UHGV virus genome: UHGV-0312576
Length of the DNA stretch: 64,000 bases
Origin: a virus
Reading direction: 5' to 3' (one strand)
The position numbers and the translations under genes were made by a program. The notes beneath the pieces are model-generated. The model was not told where the DNA came from. It saw nothing but the letters and a program-made list of their open reading frames with translations, and did not search any database. Within the stretch, counting starts at the first letter, position 1, and every line of letters begins with the position of its first letter. Shown piece by piece: positions 19,654-29,994 of this stretch.

Positions 19654-19722
19654 GGCAAATGATTTTTTGTTAAAGAGGTATAAATTGATCAATATGAGCT
19701 TTAAATGGGGGAATCTAACTGA

Positions 19723-20757
19723 TTAGACAAACGCTTCATCGGACTCATCATCAGCATCATTTTTGATAATGTAGTGATTCTTGGTGGTACTAACATCTTC
19801 ATGGCCCAAAAGCTTTTGAGCAACTTCCGCTGATTTATGTTCATATACAACGAGATTGGTAGCTCTGCTTTCACGGAATAAATGCGGATGGCAACGCCTA
19901 TTTACAATTTCTGTAAACAAACCACTACACCAGTCATTGAAAATACCTTCTCCGACCTGACGCGTATTACCATCCTTTGTTTTAACAACAAACATATAGG
20001 GACAATCATCTTCACCACGGATTTCAAGCCATTTTTTTAACCAGCTCATAGCGTCTTCACCAAATTTAAGCTTTCTAGGCTTACCAACAACAGATTTTCC
20101 TTTGCAACGAATAGTATGAGTTAGATACTGTTTTGAGATGGCTGAAGTCTCCTTGCCATTTTCATCAATAATTTTGATTGCTTTTTCTTTCGCAGGATAA
20201 TCAACAACCTCTTTTAAAAGTTGTCTTGCTTCGGCACGTCGGCAACCTGTACTATAAGAGAATACTAAATAAGCCAGTTTTTGCCACTCTTCACGATGCT
20301 CTAATTCCTGGCATAAATTTAAGTACTCATCAGGAGTAAGAGGTACTTTTTCATGAACGTATCCAGTTTGAACGACTTTTAATCCAACAGTGAAATTTCG
20401 AAACGTAGGGTACTCTTCTTCATACATCATCATTACATAATTACAGAACGTGCTTACACATGATTTTTTAAACCGAATTGCAGAGTCGGATAATCCACGA
20501 TTTGTAAGCCAGTTCAAATATTTCTGAAATTCTTTCTTCTTGATTTGGGTAAAATCCTTATCTTTTAAGTTTTCTTTTACCCAAACAAAAAATACACGTA
20601 ATCCGGAGCGGTAAGCTGGCCGAGTTTTCGCAGAAAGGTCGGCTTGATTATCAAGATAGTCTTGCACCATATCTCTGTTAAATTTGTTGACTGTTTTCCA
20701 TAACTCATCTGTGATTTCTTCTGATCTATCTGCTATTTTTCCATCCAATAATCCCAC
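19723..20757 (-). CDS. int: tyrosine integrase (phage integrase family)
   Basis: Catalytic residues in 'GCRRAE', 'HLFRESRAT', 'LLGHEDVSTTKNHY' give the R..HxxR..Y arrangement. N-terminal SAM-like domain is present. Confidence 0.85.
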   Translation of the reverse strand: MGLLDGKIADRSEEITDELWKTVNKFNRDMVQDYLDNQADLSAKTRPAYRSGLRVFFVWVKENLKDKDFTQIKKKEFQKYLNWLTNRGLSDSAIRFKKSCVSTFCNYVMMMYEEEYPTFRNFTVGLKVVQTGYVHEKVPLTPDEYLNLCQELEHREEWQKLAYLVFSYSTGCRRAEARQLLKEVVDYPAKEKAIKIIDENGKETSAISKQYLTHTIRCKGKSVVGKPRKLKFGEDAMSWLKKWLEIRGEDDCPYMFVVKTKDGNTRQVGEGIFNDWCSGLFTEIVNRRCHPHLFRESRATNLVVYEHKSAEVAQKLLGHEDVSTTKNHYIIKNDADDESDEAFV

Positions 20758-20984
20758 TTCCTTTCATAATAGAATGATAAAGAGCACCATGAGATTTGAC
20801 CCTCACGGTGCCTATAATATTTACTGAATTTTCTCCAGCAATTCTCGTACTGTAATCTCTTCACCGATAGACACACATTGCGCCAGTCGATAGGAGAGTA
20901 CATCAATCAATATTTCTACCTCATCAGAGGTTAGATCTATGGTCTTAACTACTTCGTCGTACAAATAAATCACCACCAGTCAAG

Positions 20985-21266
20985 TTAACTCAGCTCTTTT
21001 ACGCTTTTAGTAATTTTAAAGCAAATTTCTCTATGTGCAGGTTTTACCCATTCCTTTTTATCTCCGAGAGCTGATACGCCCTTTCGCTCTGGAACATCCT
21101 TAACTTTGAAACTTCCCAGGCCAGGGAGAATAACCTTATCGGCATTATTACTTTCAAGTTTTTCAATAACAACATCTGCATAAGCAGCTAATACCGTTTC
21201 AACATCCTTTGCCTTTAATGTTTCTAATTTTTCAACAATTGCCGCAACAACTTCATTTCTGTTCAT
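20985..21266 (-). CDS. HU/IHF-family DNA-binding protein
   Basis: 93 aa. 'LPGLGSFKVKDVPERKGVSALGDKKEWVKPAHREICFKITKSVKE' matches the HU arm region (GFGSFEVRERAARTGRNP...). Confidence 0.75.
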   Translation of the reverse strand: MNRNEVVAAIVEKLETLKAKDVETVLAAYADVVIEKLESNNADKVILPGLGSFKVKDVPERKGVSALGDKKEWVKPAHREICFKITKSVKELS

Positions 21267-21587
21267 GTATTACAAATCTCCTTATATTTTCTGTTTTTGC
21301 AGTAGGAGAGCAGTGGGCTCCCAAACATATTGATCATTTATCTTAATGGTGCTATTATAATAGTCGTGGATTTCTCCACATTCTAGGTCATCAGTTTTTC
21401 CAAAGATGTAGTTTTATTCTAGGAAAGGCAGGTGATGCGCATGTTTAGCCCAAATAAACCTGTGCACGTTAATGCCTACAAACGTTACCGTTTGAATAGA
21501 TGGGAAAAAGTTTGTGAGCATTGGCGTAGTCTTCCTACTCGTTAGGAGATAAAACTTGTTCATCTTGAAGTCAGGATCAAACTCTCA

Positions 21588-21830
21588 TTATTTCTGCATT
21601 TCTTGATGGCTGATGACCTTTTTATTCAGAACTTTAATAATTCCCAATTCAATCATATATTGCGTTTCCGCATCAAGTACAGATTGTATAATTTCTTCGG
21701 ATAGACCAGTTTTATCCATGATATACTGAACAGTCTTTTCAAAATCCATCACTATATTAGTATCCATGTATTCTCCTTTGATATAAATATCCGACCCCAT
21801 AGGCAAAGGACTTCTAAGCCTTACGACCAA
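21588..21830 (-). CDS. hypothetical protein (80 aa)
   Basis: Small ORF in the replication module. Confidence 0.4.
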   Translation of the reverse strand: MVVRLRSPLPMGSDIYIKGEYMDTNIVMDFEKTVQYIMDKTGLSEEIIQSVLDAETQYMIELGIIKVLNKKVISHQEMQK

Positions 21831-21886
21831 CTCCCATTCAGGAACCCAGCCTTATCCTTCACGAGTCGGATAAATAAAAAATTGCG

Positions 21887-23134
21887 TTAATTCAAAATAA
21901 TCTTATGTGTTTCGTCATGTCCATAAAGTTCATGAAATCCATATATCTTGACAGAAGGTTTACTTCCCTTCATCAATGAATCAGAATAAGGATCGCTTCC
22001 GACGAATGATGGAGCAACAAGTATCTCTGCATCATTACAACAGCCTTCACAGCTTGTAAGTTCTTTTCCAGAGTGATAATGCCCCAAAATTACATAGTCA
22101 GCAAATGAGCGCCTAAGCATTGATAGATCCTTCAATGATGATTCAATATTCTTGATCTGATGTCCATGTATTGCGATGATTTCAAAGCCTAAAATCGGTA
22201 TTTCGATATATTGTTTACCTTCTTCAGCTAAGTAAATATTAATTCTCGTATTATCCCTGCATAAATCCTTGATGTAATTGCCGATAAGGTATTCAAGGTC
22301 TTCATCCATCATCTCATTGGCCTTGCTGCCAAGAACACGTAACTGTGTATGATTTGCCATAGGCGTATGATAATACTCAATAGTTGTGTATGCTGACAAC
22401 GTATTAAGGAACATTGCAAACAACCTGCTAATATCCACAGTCGCTTTAACTATGGTGCTATCATTTATCCGCAAATCGTTAAGGCGGAGGACTCCCTGGA
22501 TCATGTCCCCTAATGAAACAATATGTAATTTGGAAATATGCTTATCCTCAATGAAAGTAATACACTTATTCGTAAGACACTCAAATCGCTCTTTTGCAAT
22601 TTCTGGGGAATATTCATTGTTTTCACTTACAAATTTTGCTCCATAATGTACGTCGGCTATAGATAAAAGGTATTCATGCTCGTAATCATCTGACACATAC
22701 TCTAATAGTGGATTAAATTCAGGTAATGGAAGTGATTCGCACAAACTACCTACATATTCGAAATACATCTGGTGCCGCGATTCGTTCCTATCAACACGGT
22801 TCCGCTCTACATTTGCAGTCTGTAATTTAATGCGCTCTTTACGCATCTCAGAAAGCTTTTTATCTAATTCGTTTTCTTGGGAATATTTTACAGGATTTGA
22901 ATAGATTTTATTTTTCAGATATGCAGTTCTGAATGGTCCACCAAAAATAGTACCACTGGCTTTTCGAACACTATCACTTGAAAGTGGAATATTGTATTTA
23001 TCTTTAATTTCTGACCAGTCTAAATCTTTAACACCATCTGATTTTAAATCAATATCTTCACAGGCTGCTTCGTAAGATTCTGGCGTTAGACCAACCTTTT
23101 TAAGTTCTTCCTCAAAATTAATCAGTATGCCCAC
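21887..23134 (-). CDS. calcineurin-like metallophosphoesterase (Mre11/SbcD-like)
   Basis: Motifs 'VSLGDMIQG', 'IAIHGHQI' and 'ILGHYHSG' fit the GD / GNH / GHxH phosphoesterase signature. The N-terminal ~130 aa is non-catalytic. Confidence 0.6.
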   Translation of the reverse strand: MGILINFEEELKKVGLTPESYEAACEDIDLKSDGVKDLDWSEIKDKYNIPLSSDSVRKASGTIFGGPFRTAYLKNKIYSNPVKYSQENELDKKLSEMRKERIKLQTANVERNRVDRNESRHQMYFEYVGSLCESLPLPEFNPLLEYVSDDYEHEYLLSIADVHYGAKFVSENNEYSPEIAKERFECLTNKCITFIEDKHISKLHIVSLGDMIQGVLRLNDLRINDSTIVKATVDISRLFAMFLNTLSAYTTIEYYHTPMANHTQLRVLGSKANEMMDEDLEYLIGNYIKDLCRDNTRINIYLAEEGKQYIEIPILGFEIIAIHGHQIKNIESSLKDLSMLRRSFADYVILGHYHSGKELTSCEGCCNDAEILVAPSFVGSDPYSDSLMKGSKPSVKIYGFHELYGHDETHKIILN

Positions 23135-23140
23135 CGCCTT

Positions 23141-23413
23141 TTAATCTTCATCAGTTGGAATTACGTCAAGATCTTCGGCGCTCTTTAACTGTACTCCAAA
23201 TTCAATAGGCTGATTTTTGAAAACATTCAGTAAATCAGATACTTTTACATCCTGCTCAATATCATTTTCGTCAGTATAGGTAATAGTGGCTCCATCTTCA
23301 GAGAGAACCCCCTTTACACTCAATTTATCAGTAATACTTCTTTTGAAATTCAACTTTGATTTCATTATTGTCTCCTTATTCATTATTAAGATACTTAGAT
23401 AAAATATTATCAA
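23141..23413 (-). CDS. hypothetical protein (90 aa)
   Basis: Small ORF. Confidence 0.4.
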   Translation of the reverse strand: MIIFYLSILIMNKETIMKSKLNFKRSITDKLSVKGVLSEDGATITYTDENDIEQDVKVSDLLNVFKNQPIEFGVQLKSAEDLDVIPTDED

Positions 23414-23513
23414 TATTATTGAAATTCCAATATTTATTTTGAATTTCTAATCTATATTCATCGTGTGTTTTTCTTCTTGGCATTCACAAACAAAATCATC
23501 CTTTCGTTCTTCT

Positions 23514-23771
23514 CTATTTACGAAATCCTATTTTATGTTTGCAATCCTCAAAATCGTCATAAGTCTCATTGGGAACTTCAAATCCTATACAACTAGTATT
23601 TATTGGCTCATTTTCGTTCTGCAAATCCTGCAATTCAGAATTTATTTTAATTACATGACAACTCAAGAGCCCTTTTGGAATTTCCAGTGCTACTTGGATA
23701 ATCTCAGTCAATGATTCCAATATTGGGATAGCACAAATGACTGTTAGAATTCCTAAAATGTATTTTTTCAT
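23514..23771 (-). CDS. small secreted protein with an N-terminal signal peptide
   Basis: 'MKKYILGILTVICAIPILES' is a signal-peptide-like N-terminus. An AAAGGA RBS lies upstream. Confidence 0.45.
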   Translation of the reverse strand: MKKYILGILTVICAIPILESLTEIIQVALEIPKGLLSCHVIKINSELQDLQNENEPINTSCIGFEVPNETYDDFEDCKHKIGFRK

Positions 23772-23786
23772 AGATTTTCCTTTTCT

Positions 23787-25235
23787 TTATAATGGAATAA
23801 TCATATCCCGTTCTGAACACGTCACTTTATATGTTTTATTATTTTTTGATATTTCTTCTTTCAAATATTTTCTTAGACAATTCTTGGACTCAATAGAACC
23901 ATGGACCAGAATTAATTGATTCGTCCTCAAATTGCTTCCGTATTTTAGCAAATCATTAAAATTGGCATGAGATGAAAACGACTGCATTACAAAGCAGTCT
24001 GCTTTATTTGGTACAGGCTTTTTATTTATATTTATTGTTTTGTGGGATTTTCCATTCTTGATTCTATAACTAAGATAAGATTCATCATCTCCGACATATC
24101 CAGAAAAGCAAATCATAGAATTAATGTCTCGTAGGTATTTATCTAAATAGGAGAGTACCCTACCATTAGTACAAAATCCAGATGATGAAATACAGATTTT
24201 TGGAGTTGAATCTAAAACGCATGTTTGTGAATCCGACTTTTCTCTGATATATTTAACATTTTTCCAATTGTAAACTCTATTCCAGAGGTCTAAATAATCA
24301 TTCTGTAATACCTGACCATAATCAAAGCATATATCACATGTAAGCATAGAATCTACAATAATTGGAGTCGTGAAATTTTCATCGTCGCCAAACAGAAGGA
24401 ATAGTGTGGTTAACAGTTCTTGAGAACGGCTAAAACTGAATGCCGGTAGTACAAGTGTGCCATGTCGTTCTAATACTGTATCTATAGCAACTCGTAAATG
24501 CTCTACATCGAATTCACGAGTTTTCTTTGATATTCTTGTGTTTAGTCCGTAAGTGGACTCCATGATAATTAAATCGTTATAAAATGTTGGCACTTCCGTA
24601 TTCTCAACATAATGATTTTTTGTTTCCAGAGCACCAATGTCAGAAGTATATAGTAATTTTCTCTTTTTAATTCCATCATTCAAAATAAGCTGTAATTGAG
24701 CAGCCCCAACGCAATGAGAGTTTTTTAACCACTGAAAGCTTACTACATCATCCAATTGAAACAAAGTATCGTACTGATTATATACCGTATAGAATTTGAA
24801 GGTATTATAGACATCATCTTCACTGTATATTGGTGAGTAATCCCTACCATACCGTTTGGATAACACTCTGGCTTCATCTGCTAGAATGAAGACACAATTT
24901 AGCAGTAGGTGTTTTGAGATGATTGATGTGGGATATGTCATTATGATTTTTCCAGTAAACCCTTCTTTTACAAGGCGAGGCAATAAGCCTATATGGTCGA
25001 TATGACAATGCCCAACGAATACATAATCAATTTCTTCTGGTTTAAATTTAAACTTTTCTGTATTTACTTTATAAGATTCAAGATAATCATTGTTCTGGTA
25101 CAATCCAGCTTCAAGTAAAATCTGCTTGTTGGCAAATTTTATAAGTGTCATGCTGCCAGTGACATCTTCAGCATTGTTTCCGACAAACATAATTCCGTCA
25201 GATTTTAATTTTAATCTTCCGATGGCCATAACCAC
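23787..25235 (-). CDS. metallo-beta-lactamase-fold beta-CASP family nuclease
   Basis: 'HCHIDHIG' is the HxHxDH motif. The downstream 'FSSHA' matches the beta-CASP motif with its conserved His. Confidence 0.7.
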   Translation of the reverse strand: MVMAIGRLKLKSDGIMFVGNNAEDVTGSMTLIKFANKQILLEAGLYQNNDYLESYKVNTEKFKFKPEEIDYVFVGHCHIDHIGLLPRLVKEGFTGKIIMTYPTSIISKHLLLNCVFILADEARVLSKRYGRDYSPIYSEDDVYNTFKFYTVYNQYDTLFQLDDVVSFQWLKNSHCVGAAQLQLILNDGIKKRKLLYTSDIGALETKNHYVENTEVPTFYNDLIIMESTYGLNTRISKKTREFDVEHLRVAIDTVLERHGTLVLPAFSFSRSQELLTTLFLLFGDDENFTTPIIVDSMLTCDICFDYGQVLQNDYLDLWNRVYNWKNVKYIREKSDSQTCVLDSTPKICISSSGFCTNGRVLSYLDKYLRDINSMICFSGYVGDDESYLSYRIKNGKSHKTININKKPVPNKADCFVMQSFSSHANFNDLLKYGSNLRTNQLILVHGSIESKNCLRKYLKEEISKNNKTYKVTCSERDMIIPL

Positions 25236-25476
25236 CTTCCACGTTTATTTCGTCACTTGACGATAGTATTCTTTCGATATGTATTTAAACACCATAATAC
25301 CTTGCGATCTTCAACAGCCCAATACTTTTTGCATCTTGACTTGTGGGTTTTAGATGATATTTTTACAAATTCATCTAAACCTCTGGATCTCAACATATCC
25401 GCTTCATTTCTTGTAATTTGAAAAATAGTTAGTTCACTTCTTTCATTTTTTATTTCCCCTTTACGGAGATAGTAGT

Positions 25477-25551
25477 TGCGGGAATGGGATTTGAACCCAC
25501 CTGATTACTGGTTATGAGCCAGCCGACTGTCCACTGGTACGAGCATCCCGC
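25477..25551 (-). tRNA. tRNA-Met (CAU); the D-arm pairs poorly
   Basis: Acceptor GCGGGA / TCCCGC. Anticodon stem GCTGG / CCAGT with loop CTCATAA. T-arm TGGG-TTCAAAT-CCCA. Confidence 0.6.
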
Positions 25552-25569
25552 TTTAACTGCATAGTAAAG

Positions 25570-25644
25570 TACAGGAAATGGAATTCGAACCCATAGATCA
25601 CAGAGATTTTGAAACTCCGGCATATGCCATTCTGCTATTCCTGT
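25570..25644 (-). tRNA. tRNA with an atypical 9-nt anticodon loop; anticodon ambiguous (CAA or UCA)
   Basis: Perfect 7-bp acceptor stem ACAGGAA / TTCCTGT. T-arm ATGGG-TTCGAAT-TCCAT. Anticodon stem CGGAG / CTCTG encloses TTTCAAAAT. Confidence 0.55.
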
Positions 25645-25648
25645 ATAA

Positions 25649-25732
25649 TACCTCTGGTGGGAGTCGAACCCACATGTGTCATTGACCCCCAGATCCTTAG
25701 TCTGGTGCATAATCCATTTCTGCTACAGAGGC
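25649..25732 (-). tRNA. type II tRNA-Leu-like (AAG anticodon, 15-nt variable arm)
   Basis: Acceptor GCCTCTG / CAGAGGT. Anticodon stem CCAGA / TCTGG with loop CTAAGGA, G37. T-arm GTGGG-TTCGACT-CCCAC. Confidence 0.55.
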
Positions 25733-25736
25733 TTAG

Positions 25737-25818
25737 TGTGCCTAAAGGGATTAGAACCCTTATTCCATATGGAAGCGGGGCTTAAACCCGCTGCGTATAC
25801 CATTTTCGCCATAGGCAC
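25737..25818 (-). tRNA. tRNA-Leu (UAA), type II
   Basis: Acceptor GTGCCTA / TAGGCAC. Anticodon stem GCGGG / CCCGC with loop TTTAAGC. Variable arm TTCCAT/ATGGAA is a perfect hairpin. T-arm AAGGG-TTCTAAT-CCCTT. Confidence 0.7.
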
Positions 25819-26196
25819 ATAAAAAATACAACACTAATAGCGATGCCATTCTAAAAATAGCACCGCCACCAGTTTAAACTTGACAATATGATAAAGTATC
25901 ACCTGGTTCCTAGTTTATCATTTGACAAATGCCTCTCGGCCAAGCCCTCATATTTCAGAGGGCTAAATTTAAAATAATACACGTGTTGCGTACTTATATT
26001 CCGCATATGCAATCATAGCGGAGAGGGTATTCATGTTGATATTGTGACGAAACACACGCAAATTTACTTCTTTACACTAACGCAAAGTTCTCATTGCTCA
26101 CTTTCCCCTCATTAGTTCACATTAGTAAAACTCAAAAAACAGCGTAAAATCAACGTTTGTAGGATGTTAAAAAAATTAAGTCTGCACGAAAATTGG

Positions 26197-28812
26197 CTAT
26201 TTTTCACAATTTTTGCTAAAACACTTTAGCAAATTTGATGAATTTACATCATATAAAACTTTAATTAATATGGACTTATTTTTATTTAAAGTTGAAGATA
26301 TATTATTTTTGTTTCGTTTCGTTCCAGGTAAGATTTTAAAACTTCTATCAATTATCCATGAAAACAGTCCTAAATAATTACGAGATACATTTATCTGCTT
26401 TATGTCATTTACAAGATTATCAAAATCTTTTCTAAGAAGAAAATGCTCGTCTACATCAGTTGATGTGTTGTAGTTGAATAATTGAATTGAGTATTTAGCA
26501 ATCCATTCTTCTACCTTGCGGCAAGTACGGATGTTATTTTTAAGCTCAAACTTGTGAAAGAAATAACTCATTGGAAGGGTGGTAGTAGTATTGTGAAACT
26601 CAGACAAATCGAGAGAAGATAGATAATTCATTGGACAACATAATTCCTTGTTAATACGAGATTTGTTAAAATCTTTCCGTATTATCCCCCAAAATTCAGG
26701 ATAACCGTTTTCATTAATGTTCATGTCACGTCTAATTCTTTGTATTTCGTTCGTTAAATCGATATCAAAACGTCTCTTCGCATTATCTATTGCAACCTGA
26801 GCGAGCACAGATAGTATACATACATAGTTAATATATTTTTGATCAGAGAAATTACAAGCGTAAGTCTGAGCTATTTGCGCGAGGTTACTAGACTCTCCAA
26901 TATCAAGTTGAGAATTCGCCAATCCAGAATCAATTTTTGCGTAATCGTCCATTGTTCTTCTATAGCAATTCTTGTCTTTTGGAATATTATTAACGATAGT
27001 AGGGTAATTAAGATAACACAAACGGGCGTGCTCAACAATATCTGTTTGATTTGTAGTGTAGCCGCTATCAGAATCCTGATCCGCACCATTGTTTCTGTCT
27101 TGAAAATCTGTTCCGATCATATTAACGGCAATACACTGTCTGCCAAGAGAAAAGTATTTATTCAAATTTTTGTGGTACACATTGTGCATATATGTAAGAT
27201 TATTCTTGCTATTAAACGGACTTCGAAAGAAAGCAAGATATTCTCCACTATTGAACCGTTCTGTATAACATTGAATTGTCCCATTCTCTACGAAAAACGT
27301 ATCATCCTCATCTACCGATTCTGATTTTCCAGTTGCAGCATACAACAACATTGCATATGGAGAACCGACAATTACTAGATTTTCTGCGTTTTGAAGAAGC
27401 TTTCCGCTTTTCATGTTTAAAACATAGACCTTTATTATATCTATCTTTCTTCTTCTAAAATAAGAACTACGCAAAAAATCACGATTCTGCTCACATAGCG
27501 CTATTAATACCTCGTAATCATTTGAGAAATTCTTGTTTTTTTCGAGATATTCAAGAAATGCGTCATCATCTTGCTTCAGCTTATTGATATATTCAACACT
27601 TTCTTTAACAACGTTCTCCATAATGTCTTTATCAAGAGAGTTCACCATCTGATAACTCATTCGTTGTACATCCCCGAGCTTGCTTTCATGAGCGGTTTTA
27701 ACAATCCCAAACATACAGTTGTTTTCATAAACCTTTTCGCACCAGTAATCGTAAGATATGTTAAATTTTAACCACTTCATTGAATTATCAGTTGTAATTA
27801 CTTCAATGTCTTTTACATAATGTATATTTCCAAACATATCCTCTACAGTAGCAGATAAATAATCATCCCCAAAGTAATCTTTGAAGAACTTCTGAATATT
27901 CGTATTAAACGCTGCCATTTTGCAAAAATGATGACGTAATAAAATATATCCATTCCCCCATTCAGGGAAAATGCTACTATCAATCAATGCCTGGCCGTCA
28001 AAAAGAGTGTTCTTCAGGGTGTAGTCCTCAAGATACTTTGCAACGCAATGACGATTCTCATCAGTTTCAACACTAATCACATTCGTCTTGAAAGTTCTGT
28101 CTACGTCTTTTAATATTAAAATGTTCTTGGGATTAATTTTAATTTTACCGACAATAGCACTAGATATGAGAGGAGTATATGCACTGATTTCAACAATGGG
28201 AGCATTATTCTTTGGTATCTTTATTCCCATGTATAAAAATTTAATTGCTTTTTTATATAAACGATCACAGATGAACATACAAGAACCCTTTTTGGCCTTG
28301 CCAGTACTACGATATAACATTTTGTAATTTATATGCTCTGTTTTAACAATATCTCCATTCTTCTTACGAGATATGTATTCAACAGTAACACCATCATTGT
28401 AAAATATTCTCCTGATATCATCTTTACTATATTTTTGATATTTTTCTTTGTTCTTTATCGCTTCTTGATGCAGCATTGCTAGTCTACGACGTTTATTTCG
28501 TTTTTTCTTAATAACGGTTGGATATCCGTAACTTTTAGCAATCTTATATTCTAGTCTGGCTTTCATACTGATTTTTTTTAAATGTTCCATTTCATCGTCA
28601 AATGACCTAGAACCAAAATTGAATTCCAAACAAATAATATCTCTAGTAGATTCCTCATTCCATACTTTTAGCCCATTCTCCAACAGATAATCACTAAATA
28701 GACTATTTGTGAACAGTGCTTCCTTGTACTCGTAATGGTCACGTACTCCATTGTTATATTCAAAGAGAGTGCTGGCCTCGATGTTTTTAATTTTAATTCC
28801 AAAGTCGCTCAT
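26197..28812 (-). CDS. large hypothetical protein (871 aa), possibly replication-associated
   Basis: Long uninterrupted ORF between the tRNA cluster and dCMP deaminase. I found no convincing polymerase, primase or helicase motif. Confidence 0.6.
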   Translation of the reverse strand: MSDFGIKIKNIEASTLFEYNNGVRDHYEYKEALFTNSLFSDYLLENGLKVWNEESTRDIICLEFNFGSRSFDDEMEHLKKISMKARLEYKIAKSYGYPTVIKKKRNKRRRLAMLHQEAIKNKEKYQKYSKDDIRRIFYNDGVTVEYISRKKNGDIVKTEHINYKMLYRSTGKAKKGSCMFICDRLYKKAIKFLYMGIKIPKNNAPIVEISAYTPLISSAIVGKIKINPKNILILKDVDRTFKTNVISVETDENRHCVAKYLEDYTLKNTLFDGQALIDSSIFPEWGNGYILLRHHFCKMAAFNTNIQKFFKDYFGDDYLSATVEDMFGNIHYVKDIEVITTDNSMKWLKFNISYDYWCEKVYENNCMFGIVKTAHESKLGDVQRMSYQMVNSLDKDIMENVVKESVEYINKLKQDDDAFLEYLEKNKNFSNDYEVLIALCEQNRDFLRSSYFRRRKIDIIKVYVLNMKSGKLLQNAENLVIVGSPYAMLLYAATGKSESVDEDDTFFVENGTIQCYTERFNSGEYLAFFRSPFNSKNNLTYMHNVYHKNLNKYFSLGRQCIAVNMIGTDFQDRNNGADQDSDSGYTTNQTDIVEHARLCYLNYPTIVNNIPKDKNCYRRTMDDYAKIDSGLANSQLDIGESSNLAQIAQTYACNFSDQKYINYVCILSVLAQVAIDNAKRRFDIDLTNEIQRIRRDMNINENGYPEFWGIIRKDFNKSRINKELCCPMNYLSSLDLSEFHNTTTTLPMSYFFHKFELKNNIRTCRKVEEWIAKYSIQLFNYNTSTDVDEHFLLRKDFDNLVNDIKQINVSRNYLGLFSWIIDRSFKILPGTKRNKNNISSTLNKNKSILIKVLYDVNSSNLLKCFSKNCEK

Positions 28813-28990
28813 TATGTATTCACATCACATCCTTTATAAGTATTAATTATTACTACAAGTTTTCGTTTCATTTTTATCAGGCGAACAAGTTATCACTTAT
28901 TCTCAAATTGGGTCTAATTTTGAAACGTAAATATTGAGTTTTAACTTTGCCGAGATTGTTCTTCTCTATATTTCTTTAATTTCACAGACT

Positions 28991-29419
28991 CTAATTTTTG
29001 ATCTCTATTTTCTCAAAAACATATCCTTCATTAGTTGTGTAGTATATCTGCCTAATGCCTAAATCCCTAATAGCAGCTATGCAAGACGCACACGGCCTGG
29101 ATAACCCAAAGTCCTGATCCTTACGAGTCCGATAAACATATAGCTTTACCTTGGCAAAATTTATATCAAGGTTACGGATCACGTTGAGACAATGTATTTC
29201 GGCGTGCATTTTAGGAAGATACTTACTATCGCTATAGCGTATCGTCCGGAACTGATTATAGTATTGTTGTCTGGGATGTGTCTTGTGGGTGTTACACCCG
29301 ATGGCGATGATATTACCTTGATAGACTGCAATGCAGCCGACGTGGGTTTTATTGAAATCAGAGATGAGAGCGGCCTGATGTGCCTTTTCAAAGTACCTAT
29401 AGTCTGACTTACTGAGCAT
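28991..29419 (-). CDS. dCMP / cytidine deaminase (ComEB-like zinc deaminase)
   Basis: 'HAEIHCL' and 'PCASCIAAI' form the H-A-E ... PCxxC zinc-binding deaminase signature. Confidence 0.8.
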   Translation of the reverse strand: MLSKSDYRYFEKAHQAALISDFNKTHVGCIAVYQGNIIAIGCNTHKTHPRQQYYNQFRTIRYSDSKYLPKMHAEIHCLNVIRNLDINFAKVKLYVYRTRKDQDFGLSRPCASCIAAIRDLGIRQIYYTTNEGYVFEKIEIKN

Positions 29420-29744
29420 TCAGACATTCCCTCTCGTATAAATCGTTGCCCTTATCAAAACACTTCATCTGATACACATAGCGGTCTATGTAATACTGAA
29501 AGAATCCCTCAATAAGTAACTTGGTAAAGTATTTAGCGATATCAGTCTTTATGGTTTCATATGTGGAATCGAATACAATATCAGTAGCCTTGTGGATTTG
29601 GTCCCACATGCCGACATTAACCTGTCTTAAATAGAATGACACTAAATATTTCCCAGAATCCTTATTGAAAATATACTCGGCTTTTACTTTGTAATCATTT
29701 TCTAAATCGAATTCTATAGATGGTACATTTTTATATCTGATCAT
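29409..29744 (-). CDS. hypothetical protein (111 aa)
   Basis: ORF sharing an operon with the deaminase gene. Confidence 0.45.
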   Translation of the reverse strand: MIRYKNVPSIEFDLENDYKVKAEYIFNKDSGKYLVSFYLRQVNVGMWDQIHKATDIVFDSTYETIKTDIAKYFTKLLIEGFFQYYIDRYVYQMKCFDKGNDLYERECLNAQ

Positions 29745-29994
29745 TTTATTACCTCTTTCTGTTTTCTGCTAATTCTCTATTCCTTTTACATTGATGGTCG
29801 AATCGTATGTCCTTTGCAATTTTATCTGCGATTTCTACTAATGTTGAGTGTCCGTCAAAACTCCAGGTTGTAATTTCTCCTCCATATGTACTATGGTCGA
29901 TTGGGGTATATATGCTTTTCATCTAATAATCGTGTTCTCCTTACTGTTAAATTATTTGTGATCATAATCCTCACTCCTTTTGTGGTGTGATTGG

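Noticed and set aside
29179-29427. ORFs 29179..29427 (-) and 29192..29407 (+) overlapping the dCMP deaminase
   Set aside because: The deaminase frame carries the HAE...PCxxC zinc motif. The others are alternative-frame artefacts.
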